A stretch of DNA of 64,000 nt, counting the filler, from Octopus bimaculoides (Eukaryota), in the NCBI RefSeq assembly GCF_001194135.2. It is 4 parts of 3 records of this genome, joined end to end, with 100 filler letters (N's around TTAATTAATTAA, not from the genome) between each part and the next. Parts side by side here need not be neighbours in the genome. Positions count along the whole stretch, not along the records: positions 49,517 to 58,221 come from NC_068991.1; positions 58,322 to 64,000 come from NC_068987.1; 2 more parts are not named here. One strand, given 5' to 3'. The notes below the pieces were generated by a model. That model was given only the letters and a program-made list of their open reading frames with translations, had not been told where the DNA came from and ran no database searches. Below, in pieces: positions 50,712 through 63,230 of this stretch. A program made the position numbers and the translations under genes. How positions within the stretch are numbered: the stretch's first letter is position 1; the number at the start of each line of letters is the position of its first letter.

Positions 50712-51133
50712 GGTGGTGGTGGTGNNNNNNNNNNNNNNNNNNNNNNNNNNNNNNNNNNNNNNNNNNNNNNNNNNNNNNNNNNNNNNNNNNNNNNNNNNNN
50801 NNNNNNNNNNNNNNNNNNNNNNNNNNNNNNNNNNNNNNNNNNNNNNNNNNNNNNNNNNNNNNNNNNNNNNNNNNNNNNNNNNNNNNNNNNNNNNNNNNNN
50901 NNNNNNNNNNNNNNNNNNNNNNNNNNNNNNNNNNNNNNNNNNNNNNNNNNNNNNNNNTATATATATATGTATTATGTATGTATGTATGTATATTATATGT
51001 ATGTGTGTGTGTTTATGTATATATATATATATATATACAAAATCGAACACACAAACACAAGCTATGTCTGCTGTTAGTTCGTTGTTCGGCTGCAGTTCTA
51101 AGGCGTAAGGGAATATATACTCTATGTGCCTGG

Positions 51134-51444
51134 TGTAAAAAAAAAAGCACCTGAAAGTGAGTCATGGTCAAACGAGACAACTCACATAGGCCCTTTCAAG
51201 GAGCAACAGACAACGATGCTTCGTCATTGTTGCGACTTATCAATGCCGCATACTGAACAAGGTTCGCTGCAAACCATGTCGCCGAATGTGTCTATCATCT
51301 AAATGATTAAACACCATCTGCTGGCATATAGTCATAATCGTTGAAATGGCTTGCAGCGGGCTTTGTTCAGTATGCAGCAAAGGGGCCTAAGTGAGATGTC
51401 TTGTTTGACTATGACTTATTTTCAGGTGCTTTGTGTTTTTTACA
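51134..51444. mobile_element. Foldback MITE-like element
   Basis: 51134-51276 is the inverted complement of 51347-51444 apart from an extra segment of about 47 nt in the left arm; termini TGTA...TACA. Confidence 0.75.
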
Positions 51445-51583
51445 TCAAGCGTATGGGGAATATATTCCCTTACGCCTAAAAACCGCAGCCGACCCACAAA
51501 CAAACAACACATATCTCGTATATGTATGTTCGATTTGGTTTATTTACCTCGTTTATACACACACAATCACACACACGCACACT

Positions 51584-51615
<32 letters not shown>

Positions 51616-51829
51616 CATATGTATGTATGTATGNNNNNNNNNNNNNNNNNNNNNNNNNNNNNNNNNNNNNNNNNNNNNNNNNNNNNNNNNNNNNNNNNNN
51701 NNNNNNNNNNNNNNNNNNNNNNNNNNNNNNNNNATGCGTGCTAATTTGTGGACGTGCATAACCCACATTCACGTACACACACAAACATCTTCTATTTTAT
51801 AGATATTGATATATATATATACATATATA

Positions 51830-51985
51830 ACGAGCTTCTTTCAGTTTCCATCTATCAACTCTACTCACAAGGTTTTGATCGACCTGAGGCTATAGTAGAA
51901 GACCCTTGCCCGAGGTATCACGTAGTGGGACTAAACCGGGAGCCATGTGGTTGGGAAGTAAGCTTTTTACCACACAGCCACTCTA
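51830..51985 (-). mobile_element. SINE family B, 5' half
   Basis: Homology to the family B head. Confidence 0.8.
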
Positions 51986-51997
51986 TGCGCTTATATG

Positions 51998-52048
<51 letters not shown>

Positions 52049-55000
52049 TTATGCTTGACTTTTGCTTTGTATTTGTACAAGTCGGCTCCAAGTCTCACCC
52101 AGAGACCTCAAGAGACAACAAGTTAGAAGTTCGTGTTGGTGTTATGCCTAGAGAATGTTTAAGAAACCCTAAGAAAATTATGTTTGTTTTAAAATTTGAG
52201 ATTACACAGACAGTATTTTAAGTAGGATATGGGGAGTTCCCATGAGCATTATCTTTTGAATTTCTGCCATTTTGGGGTTTCCTGGTATCTGAGCTAGGTA
52301 GGAATCGGCAACTTTTACTATTATTCCTAGGGCTCCTATGACAACAGGTATTGTTTTAGTCTTGAGGTTCTACATTTTGCTAATTTCTATTTCAAGATCT
52401 TTATACTTGCTCAGTTTTTGGTAGGTCTTGACAGATTTGTTTATATCAATTGGGACAGTCATATCAATGAGGAGGCATGATTTTTATCTGAAGAGTTTCA
52501 ATATGATGCCTGGCCTATTTGCATCTATTTTTCTGTCAGTTTGAATGATGAAGTTCCAGTGGAGTGAGATGTGATCGTTTTCAAGCAATGGGGGTGGTTT
52601 GTGTTTTTATCATGGGGCAAGTCCAGGTTTTTGCAAATTACCCAGTGAATATATTGTGCAGCTCTATCATGCCTGTTGAGATACTCTGTAGGCGCAAGAA
52701 AACTACACATAGAGACAACATGATCAATGGTCTTATTTTGTTGTTGACATACAAGACATATTGGGGAGCTGCCGTTCTTTAATATGTTGGCCTGGTAGTT
52801 CCTTGTAGGTAGGCATTGATCCTTCTGTTTCTGAGTTTAAGCCAGCAGTAGCTATTAGCCATTGATGGGTAAAGGCTTTATCAATATCGGCATTATTCGC
52901 TGTCTTTGGGTATTTGCCATTGAGAGGTTTTTCTTTCCATTTATCAGTCAGAATATCTAAGGCAGCAGTTTTCATGCGCTTAGCTTTTTCTGCGCTTGTT
53001 TCTAGTACGTCTAATTCTGAAATTTGTTGTATTTGGAATTCACTTAGATATTCTTTTGCCTGTTTTGTTACTGAGTATGATGCTTTCTTGTTTTCATGTT
53101 TTGAGACAAGTTTTAACATCCGGCCCTCAGAGTTTTTCGGGTAGGTTTGTAGGCCAATTGTGGCAACCTTCATTGTTAATGCCAGTCGAAAAAGTCCACT
53201 GCCTCCCTCTTTTCTTGGCAGATAAAGTCGTTCTATACCTGCGTTAGGGTGGTGCATTCTATGCATTGTCAACAGTTTTCGTATTTTTCGGTCAAGATTA
53301 CATATTTTAGTAATTGACCAGTTAATGATGCTGAAACTGTAAGTCACGACTGCTATGGCTAAAGCATTGATTGCTTCAATCCTGTTTCTTGCATTCAGCC
53401 CTGTCTTCAGTATTGCTTTCACCCTGCGATAACATTCTCTTCTGATCCTTTCCGTCATCACTGCATGTTTGATTCCGTCTCCTTCTATTACCCCTAGGTA
53501 TTTGTAGCTCTCCGCTGGTTCTAACTCTTTTATGACATTCTGCTGGTCAAGGTTAACGTTAGATGTTTCTGTCAATTTTCCTTTGATAAAAGTAGCTTTT
53601 GCACATTTATCGTAGCCAAATTGCATCTTGATGTCACCACTGAATTGTTTAGTAAGCTTTTGAGTTGTTGGTCATTTTTTGCAAATAGCTTTAAATCATC
53701 CATGTAAATGAGATAATATATATTTTTATCAAACATTTTATAACCGTACTGTGCATAATTGAGCAATTTTGAGAAAAGTCTTAAAGCTAGACAAAAGAGG
53801 AGTGGTGATAATGAGTCACCCTGGAAAATGCCACATGAAATTCTTACATCTCCAGCATTTAGAGATTCATTGCCACTGTTCAAAGTCAGAGTGGTTCTCC
53901 ATGATCTCATACTTACAGACAAAAAGTTTCGCAGAGTAGGAGCTATTTTATACATTTCCAGATATTTCTTAATCCAGCTATGTGGTAGGCTATCAAAAGC
54001 TTTTTTATAGTCTATCCAGGCTATTGACAAGTTTTTGTGTCGTTTGTGACAATCTTCTAAGATCATCTTATTGATGCGTAGCTGATCTTTACAACTATAA
54101 GATCCACGTTTACATCCTTTTTGCTCATTAGGGAATATGCTACTTTCTCTTNNNNNNNNNNNNNNNNNNNNNNNNNNNNNNNNNNNNNNNNNNNNNNNNN
54201 NNNNNNNNNNNNNNNNNNNNNNNNNNNNNNNNNNNNNNNNNNNNNNNNNNNNNNNNNNNNNNNNNNNNNNNNNNNNNNNNNNNNNNNNNNNNNNNNNNNN
54301 NNNNNNNNNNNNNNNNNNNNNNNNNNNNNNNNNNNNNNNNNNNNNNNNNNNNNNNNTTATCCTTTCCTGGAGACTTCCATTTGCTTGACACCCTGAGAGC
54401 AGATCTTATATCTTCTACCTTGACCCCCTCCCACTTTTGCTCCTCTAAGGAGTCTAAGTCTGTAGATATTCTATCAATCCAAGGGGCCTTTTCATTGTGT
54501 GTTTTATCTTCTGCCCAGATTTTATTCCAAAATTCCTGCACTTCTTCTTTTGATGGGACAGACTTTATTGTTACTGGTGTTTTCCCTATCTTCCTGTAGA
54601 AATTTTTAGGGGTTATTTTTTAATATGTTGTTGTTCTTGAAGAATCTAACGCGCTTTTCATACCTTGCTATGCGGGCAGCTTTAGCACATACATTTTGCT
54701 TGATGGTTTCTATTGTGGTATCAATGTCAAATATTATTTTCATATTATATTTTTCCTTTAATTTTCGGGTTTTTGTAGGTTTGATAGCCTTGTTAAACTT
54801 AAGGCTTTTCAAACATTCTATATCAGACCCAAGTAGCTTAATTTGGTGTTGAATACGCTCTTGCCAAGAAGGATTTTTGTGGGAATGTCGTTTTCTAATT
54901 CTGTCACCTCATAGAATCGTTGAGATTTTCGCGGATGCATAGTACAGGTGGTTGTAAGATCAACATCATTAGCTGAGATTATATCGTTAAGTGCAAGGCG

Positions 55001-56070
55001 GATTTTACCAACTATTTTTAGGTTTTGGTTAAAATTGGGAATTTTGGGGAGAGTATCGCGTTCATTCATATTGGTTTCTTTCATTTTCAGCCATTCAATC
55101 ATGATTTGATTTTTTAGATCATGTAGTTCTGTTGGGTCAGTTTCTGTGTGACTTTCTTCATCTATTTGATCTTCATCTGCCTTGGTGTTTACAGTTGGTT
55201 CAGAGAGTATTTCACTTTGCTTATTAGTTATATTAACTCTTTCAGTCATTATTGCATTCTCATCAGCCCTGGGCTGGTCTATAATTATTTCCTCTGTAGT
55301 ATCTTCTTTAGCTGCAGCTTCGTTCTTTTTATCCCTTACTGCTTGTTTAATTTGGTCAATCTCTACTTCAGTTGGTAATTTTTTTTTTTTCATAATGTTT
55401 CTTCTGGTGTTGGCAAGTTTGTTACTGTCTATGTAGGGTCTTATGTAGGGTCTTACTTCATGGTGTTTCTGTCTCCGGTTTAAGTAGGTTTGTACAGTAT
55501 TAGATTCATTTGTGGGGAAATATATGGCATGGTAGAAGGCCGTAAGAACTGCTTTATTATCTTCCCTACACCATTTTTCATTCTTTTTCTTTTGGGTGTT
55601 TGATGACGAGCATGGATGGCCATCTGTTGGAATATTCCGGTTGTGAGGTACTTCCAGCTCCTGTGTGTCGAGAAAATCTGAACCAGTAGCTGATTTCTCG
55701 TATCGAAACTGGTTCCTCATTCGAGTACGTGGCCTTTTGTAACCCGGTCGATGACCATTTCGGTTTATATTTTGCTTTGTTAACAATGAGGCATGACGAG
55801 CTTCGACGTTGATATTAGAGGACAGATCTGTCTGCTTAGGGTTAATTTTTTGAGACAACACCGTCTCCGAGTTCTCTGCATGTAAACATTGCTCGTAACG
55901 TAGCTTCTTAAGGCTAACAGATCTCTATCGAGTACGTGGCCCTTTGTGATCCGGCCGACGACTAATCTGGTTTGTAATTTGCTTTGTTATCATTGAGACA
56001 TGGCGAGCTTCGACGTTGACATTAGGGGACGAATTTATCTATTTAGGGTCAATTTTTTGAGACAACACCG
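51998..56070 (-). mobile_element. Near full-length R4/Dong-clade non-LTR retrotransposon (single RT-CCHC-RLE ORF, disrupted), (TAA)n tail
   Basis: RT motifs [48 protein letters not shown]; zinc knuckle CLVCQQQNKTIDHVVSMC; RLE NRPGII..IDMTVP..KLSKYKDL; stop at 52202-52204; frameshifts and one gap. Confidence 0.95.
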
Positions 56071-56105
56071 CTCACCCCACTCCCAAACCAAGACAAAGAA
56101 GGAGT

Positions 56106-56226
56106 CTACCCCCGGTTGCCACGGAACAGGAAGTTTCTCCTGAATGTTCTTCCTCCCAAACCAACATTAACTGCTATGACACACTGACAAAAGGGGGTAG
56201 GTGAAAGAGGAGGAAAGTACATAGCC
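56106..56226 (-). ncRNA. Possible HDV-like pseudoknot at the 5' end of the Dong element
   Basis: GCTATG:CATAGC, CTACCCCC:GGGGGTAG and AGGAAG:CTTCCT in P1/P2/P4 order with GGCAA before P2 3'; P3 not formable. Confidence 0.3.
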
Positions 56227-56249
56227 CTACTCCAAGAAATTAACAAACT

Positions 56250-58221
56250 CTTATTCTGAAACTACAACTGCAACTCAGTTCACAACTACTCCATTAAAAA
56301 CTGCAAGAATACGATCAACAACTTCAAAAACAGCAACATCGTCAACAACAGCATGAAATTAAAGAAACCAACAAACAACCGGTTACAGAACTTCAAAAAT
56401 ATTCATCAGACTGTAGACGAACTGTATCCATAAATTTCACTGTTGTGAACAAATGTAACAGTGAACTGATGGGTTTTGTAGATCAAAATAAAAACAGTAT
56501 AGAGACAGGTGGATGGAATTTGAGGATTTCATCATCAAAATGCCCAAGGACAGACTCTTAATTATATATTTATAATTATATTCATAATTATATATTTATA
56601 AAACTATGATAGAAAATTCCCAGGAAGTATGGGGATTTTTAAAAATCTATTGGTAAAAGGTTGTTGGAAGGATCTTTTAAAAACTTTTCGCCAGTAGAGA
56701 AATCCGGAACTTCCGGACTTCTCGAAAAGTCAGTAGCCTCCTCATTATCTTTCTCCGATTAGCATGACTGCGCTGAGAATGGAGTGTGTGAATGTTCGTG
56801 ACCTGGGATCAGCCTGGAAGCAAGGTCACTTGCTCAATGATCTCAAATCACTTAATTTGAACGTGGCTGCCATTAGTGAAACAAGGATCTCCGGAAAACA
56901 CGCTCTCGCATCCATTTCCGAAAACTACGAGGTTTTCTCATCTTGTGGTCTATCTGGAGCGGGTGGTGGTTTAGCCGTACTACTCCAGAAATCCTTAGAT
57001 TTCCAAGTACGGGCTATCTTCCTGGATCCGAATAGTAGGTTGGTGGTCCTAGACGTGAACGGCAGTGAAAGTGGTACCTTTAGACTAGCGGCAGTTTATA
57101 CCCCAACAGGGGCTGGAAGGCCAGATTTTTTTCAGACGTCAAAAAACATTCTTGGGAACGTCCCGCACTTTAGTAATAGTGGGGGACTGGAATAATATTT
57201 TGTGGGTGTAAAAGCCTCGGAAACCTGCTCAGGACTTTCCAGCTTTCTGACAGGTACCGACTAGATTTCCCTAATGTGCCAGTGTGGACATGAAGCAACC
57301 ACAGCGGGTCATCCAGATCGTATTTAGATAGAATATTTGTTCGGTCAGTGATAGGGTTAGCATTGGTTGTCCACAATTTAAATTGGTCGGCTACACAGAT
57401 CACAAATTTGTGATATACTCAGTTGATTTAGATAGGACCCGTAGACAGGGACCCGGTTACTGGAAGTTGAATGCGTCCTTACCGGCTCGCAAAAACTGCA
57501 GGGACCGGATTAGCGAACTAGTTAAGCGGCAGTTGACGGGGGCTATCGTCAACAACCAGTGGTGGATCGCTCTGTAGAGAGCGATTAGAGTAGAATCGAT
57601 AGCGCTTGGCAAAGATTTAGCAATAGAAAGAAATAGATTAGAGGGAGAACTAGTTAGCAAACTAGAAGAGACTATTAGTAAAAGCATCACGACCGATGTG
57701 TTAGCGGCAAGAATGGCCCTTGACCATTTCTTTGAGGTGAAACACCAAGGATGCATTGTCAGAGCTAAGGCTCGTGCGCTAAAACACGAAGGAACTAAAG
57801 CCGTCCGATGGGCACGAACATTAGAGACGCGACGTGGAAACAAAACCACGATTAAGTCTTTGACAGATCTGGACGGACGCGTGCTACTCGGTTCTGAGCA
57901 GATGTGTGCGGCTTTCCAGCAGCACTTTGCGTGATTGTTTGGGGAGGGTGATGGATCGACGACAGTAGCAAACTTTACTTCGTACCTAGACGGCCTACCA
58001 CGGCTCTCGGTAACATACGCGAGATTCTGCGAAAAGTCGATTACAGCCTCTGAAATACAAGAGGCGATGAGCGATTGCACAAGTCGCAAATTGCCCGGTT
58101 TGGATGGTCTGCCCTACGAATTCTATGTTTTCATGCTAGATTTATTTGTCAGCCTCTTACCAGATGTCTACAGCAACTGGCAACAGAACGGGAGAATTCC
58201 TAGTGTTGTTAGCCGGAGTGT
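56250..58221 (+). mobile_element. Tx1/L1-clade LINE: possible ORF1 end plus ORF2 AP endonuclease and start of RT (disrupted)
   Basis: CVNVRDL..AAISETR..AVYTP, YTDHKFV, GPGYWKLNASL, LPGLDGLPYEFY; ORF2 starts about 56764 and ends at a scaffold join. Confidence 0.9.
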
Positions 58222-58321
58222 NNNNNNNNNNNNNNNNNNNNNNNNNNNNNNNNNNNNNNNNNNNNTTAATTAATTAANNNNNNNNNNNNNNNNNNNNNNN
58301 NNNNNNNNNNNNNNNNNNNNN
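58222..58321. other. Artificial scaffold-join linker
   Basis: 44N-TTAATTAATTAA-44N. Confidence 0.95.
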
Positions 58322-58827
58322 CCTCTCCTCCTCCTCCCTCTCCTCCTCCTCTTCTTCTTCTTATTTTTCTTCTTCTTCTTCTTCCCCCTCCTCCTCCTAC
58401 CCCACATCCCCTTCTTCTTCCCCTTCTTCTTCCCCTTCTTCTTCTTCCCCTTCTTCTTCTTCCCCTCCTCCCCATCATCATCATCATCATCATCATCATC
58501 AGTGCTTGCGTGTATTACCATGACCTAGTGGAACGTATCCTACGCAAATTACTTGTGTTTAACTCCAAAATATTTTTCGTCTTTGCTTGTTTTACATCTC
58601 GAAAGCCCATTTTCTAAAATAGTTCTTCTTATGAACGCAAGGTACACAATGAAGACACAAATCCCCTTCACTGAAGTACATTCTTATTGTTAAGTGTATC
58701 AGTTATCAACAGCCCGCGTCATAATGTCCACCTCAACTCATAACATGCTTGACTCTTAAAAGTCGCTAACTGAGACTTGGACTCAACTCCTACAAACACA
58801 AATCAAAATCAAAATTCTAACATTATA

Positions 58828-58854
58828 CTACTACAACTACTACTACTACTGCTG

Positions 58855-58909
<55 letters not shown>

Positions 58910-58968
58910 CATGATGATGATGATGATTATCATCATCATGGTGGTGGTGGTGGTGGTGGTGGTTGTGG

Positions 58969-59020
<52 letters not shown>

Positions 59021-59045
59021 AACAATAATAATGATCATAATGATT
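58828..59045. repeat. Compound (CTA)/(CTG)/(GAT)/(GGT) microsatellite
   Basis: Directly visible. Confidence 0.95.
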
Positions 59046-59530
59046 TCATTTATTTACCACAAGTGCAAAGGATGAGTGTGTCAATACCAAAGCAGACATA
59101 AAGTGTGGGTGTTTACATAGAATGAAATGATAAAAAAAGAAGAACAAAAGTAAGTATACATGGAATACCTGAAAAAGAGTGTACGTATGTATAGCATATA
59201 AAGGTTTAAAAGAATGTCGAGGAGGGTGATGAAGATGTGGCCCTCCTGATACAGGAACGCCTCTAGGAATAATCGAGGAACCCCACTTGTCTCCGACTCT
59301 AGACTTAGAGAGGTACCATCCATTCTTGCCATTTTCGTAAATTTCGCCCACCTTTCAATAAACTCATTCGAGGACAGCACTTCCCTCTCTACTTTCACTT
59401 TCCTTTTCAAGTTAAACTTGAAGAATTCAATGAGAGCTCTACCAAAGAGGAAGGTATGTGTCCTCACGCCTTTCACCAAACAGCCTCTTTTGCCACAGGC
59501 ACTAGGCAAAGGAGAACTGTGTTGTCTGCC
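59046..59530 (-). mobile_element. Tx1/L1-clade LINE 3' end (ORF2 C-terminus plus 3' UTR)
   Basis: FFKFNLKRKVKVEREVLSSNEFIERW resembles the Tx1 C-terminus; AATAAA followed by an (ATC)n-rich tract. Confidence 0.65.
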
Positions 59531-59599
59531 CGATTGAAGGAGGGCACCAGTATTCCAATAGTTTAATCTGTTGTGTGTATATGAATAATAACAATAATA

Positions 59600-59808
59600 A
59601 TGCTTTCAACTGAAGACACAAGGCCTGAAACTTGGGTTGAGGGCACTAGTCAATTACTGTTTCACTGATACTTAATTTACCGACCTCCAAATGATGAAAG
59701 GCAAAGTCGACCTCGGCGGAATTTGAATTCAGAACGTGAAGAGGAACGAAACATCGTTAAGCAATTTGCCCAGCGTGCTAACGATTCTGCCAGCGCAACG
59801 CCTTTCGT
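59600..59808 (-). mobile_element. SINE family C
   Basis: GGCAAAGTCGACCTCGGCGGAATTTGAATTCAGAACG...GCTAACGATTCTGCCAGC. Confidence 0.85.
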
Positions 59809-61268
59809 TGCCATAAAGATTACAATACAGCAACACGAATATAACAAATAAAATACACGGCGCACGCATACACACACAAGCAACACTTAACATATACACA
59901 CACACTAAAAAGACACAAGAAAAACAATGGTACTATCGGTCATGGCTTAATTGATTCACCAACTGGTTGAATAAACACTTCGCACAAACACGCACACAGA
60001 CTCAGCGCAAAGTACACTTAGATGTCAGACACACGCACCTACACACCTAAATTCACACGTACATCCATAAGACAACATAATAGAAAACAAATAGGTTCTA
60101 ACAATGAGTAATACACGTACACAAGTGTACCGTATTATATATTCGTAGGTTGCACATAATCATATGCATACAATAAGAGATTTATCGGAAATATGTAGTC
60201 TATCATGAAGCTATCTCGATCAACACACACACACACACACACTGACACACATTGACCCAGATACACATACAGATGTATAGCATACTCTGCACCCTGATAA
60301 TATGCTACAAGGCAAATGGCTGATATGAGATCAGATATCGCGCCTGGAATCACATACAGATATTCATGCTAATACATCACTACACAACCGACTTACACAA
60401 CTACACGCAAAAGACACCCGTTACGCAAATACTCACGAAGGATATTACGGCACAACATGCATACACACTGAACAGACACAGACACAGACAGGCAGCCAAA
60501 CGGACAGACACACACATACACACACACACACACATATACGTATACACACGTTCGCTAAAGCTGATCTCTATTCCCCCGTAGACAGGACACCATGGAACGC
60601 ATCTCGAATCAAAACCACCCTACCCACAAAACAGAAGCACACACCATACACACATTGGCATACACAGTGCTAGTCACGTCAGCTAAGCTACGCCACCACA
60701 CATAATACTTTTATCTAACAACACATGTCGCACCGATATCTATCCTTAATAAGAGTGCAAACTTAGCCAATGACCATGTATGTGATTAGTAAGCAGATGG
60801 TAAAAATTGCATGACAAACAAACATTAGTGTTAAATTTTTAGCTTGAGTGTTATAGAAAAGGTGTCTGGATGGAATGTTTCAGCTATTTGAAATAATGAG
60901 TTAATAGATAAACTTGCTTCAGTCTATCTGTCCTTATTTTATTTCTCTCTATATAGATAAAGGCGTACATGCATGCGCACGGTGGTAGGAGCATTGCGGC
61001 TGTATACTTCTATGTGCGATTGTTGTTCACATATGTGGCAACAAAAATGTCTGCGTGCACGTGTGTTTGTGGTTAACGAGTGAGTGTGAAACGAAGCGAG
61101 TGTGTATGTTTCAGTTTAATGCATGTGTGTATAAGCTTATTTTTTTTTACGCAGCAGTATTTACTTTTTGTAGTTTAACGAAAGAAAGCAGAGTAATTAA
61201 TAGTCATATGGATGCATATATTTGCACACATACTCGAACACAAACACACACCAAAAAAACACACAAAT

Positions 61269-61339
<71 letters not shown>

Positions 61340-61821
61340 CATGTTTCGACAAAAACCCGAAAGCTCAATGAGAGTGCGACAAACGGTTGTCTGTTTAAAT
61401 TTTTCTCTTTTTAAGCCTGATCACATACACAGGCAACTTCGTACGTACAGGAGTTGCTGTAGTTGTTGATAAACGTTTAGCGTAGGGGAGATAAAGAACA
61501 TTAAAACTAGAAAAGCAGGGCACGATCAAACGATTCTATTTCAAAATATATCTTCTTTTCCCACTCTCTTTCTTTCTCTATATCTCCATACGAGAATTAA
61601 TTCAAACATATGCACATATATGAATATATGTGCATATATTACACATGTTTATGTGTAAACACAAATCCAACATGTATCTAGAATAAACACAAACGCACAC
61701 ATATAAACATACATACACACATAAACAGGAATATGAACACATGTATATAAGTATATACATATACTATACGTATAGGTATATACTTATATGAGTATCTGTA
61801 TGTGCTTTGTAATTCCCTAAC

Positions 61822-61861
<40 letters not shown>

Positions 61862-61863
<2 letters not shown>

Positions 61864-62063
61864 CTATTTTACTTGTTTCAGTTATTTGACTGCGGTCATG
61901 CTGGAGCACCGACTTTAGTCGAGCAGATCGACCCCAGGACTTATTCTGTGTACGCCTAGTACTTATTCTATCAGTCTCTTTTGCCGAACCGCTAAGTTAC
62001 GGGGACGTAAACACACCAGCATCGGTTGTCAAGCGATGCTGGGTGGGGGGCACAGACACACAA

Positions 62064-62100
<37 letters not shown>

Positions 62101-62300
62101 AATATATATATATGTGTGTATATATATACATATATACGAAGGGTTTTTTTCAGTTTCCGTTTACCAAATCCACTCACAAGGCTTTGGTCGGCCCGAGGCT
62201 AAAGTAGAAGACACTTGCCCAAGGTGCCACGCAGTGGGACTGAACCCAGAACCATGTGGTTGGTAAGCAAGCTGCTTACCACACAGCCACTCCTGCGCCT
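61862..62300 (-). mobile_element. Full-length SINE family B
   Basis: Complete reverse complement of the 47005-47400 type. Confidence 0.9.
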
Positions 62301-62387
62301 ATGCCACTCGAGACCTCGATATTATGTAAAATAGAGGAATTTATCTATAAATATATTAGGTGACAAGTATTCGGTTGTCATAATAAA

Positions 62388-62470
62388 ACAAAGTTTCAGA
62401 TGCCGGGGCTGAATTCTTAATAACTGATGAGATGCCTGACGAGACTTCAGCCCCGGTATCCAAACTTTGT
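62388..62470. repeat. About 25-bp inverted repeat (mini-MITE or hairpin)
   Basis: ACAAAGTTTCAGATGCCGGGGCTGAA versus TTCAGCCCCGGTATCCAAACTTTGT. Confidence 0.7.
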
Positions 62471-62492
62471 ATATATATATATNNNNNNNNNN

Positions 62493-63230
62493 ATGAGGTG
62501 TACCCAAAAGTAATCAGGGAAGGTCCTCTGTGGCAAAAGCTTTTTGTAATTTGGTCGTTCACCGCCAGAAGCCACTTGATGCAATCCTCAGGCATCAGTC
62601 TGTCGGCCTAGGTTGTCCTCTGTAGTAATACTGTCATGAGGTGCGTCTTTGCTTTACACCGATTCCTCCCTATTCGTCGATCTGTGAGATGGCTGAAATG
62701 ACGGACTAGCTTACTTGCATGAAATTCTGTTCTCTTCTGGGGAAAATGGCGATCAAAACAATTGTTATTCTCGAAACGTGTTCCGAAAACGCTGTCATGA
62801 GCAAAACACAGGTTTACGAGTGGTTTTCTCGCTCTAGGAATGGTCTTGTTGTTGCCTGACGACCACCCTCGACCAGGGTGACCGTCGACCTATTGAGCGA
62901 ATAAAAATATGAAAATTCATGAACTGATCACGTAAAACCGTCACTGAACGATTGACGAACTTGATGATATGATTGGTATGTCCTTGAGCTCCTGCCAACA
63001 AATTTTGATTGAGGAATTTCGAATGAAAAGAGTTGCAGCAAAATTTGTTTTCTCCACTGAAGAACAAAAGCAGTCATGACTGAATGCGTTTCGTGAACTG
63101 AAAGACCAGTTGGAAATTCATCCTGACCGCTTTCCGAAGTTTATCGCTGGTGATGAAAGCTGGTGCTACGGAATTTGCAGATGTAGACGATGTGAAAAGA
63201 ACAAACAGTGAAAAATGAGCTTGAACTGAT
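62493..63230 (+). pseudogene. mariner transposase relic, internally deleted
   Basis: MSKTQVYEWFSR, DDHPRPG*PST, FRMKRVAAKFV and IAGDESWCYG; TIR-like start TGAGGTGTACCCAAAAGT. Confidence 0.85.

Noticed and set aside
56764-59530. Twin-priming inversion linking the two Tx1 pieces
   Set aside because: The geometry is tail-to-tail and an artificial scaffold join lies between them.
61608-61640. ATATGCACATATA-TGAA-TATATGTGCATAT hairpin
   Set aside because: Low-complexity AT/CA sequence, where such hairpins are common.
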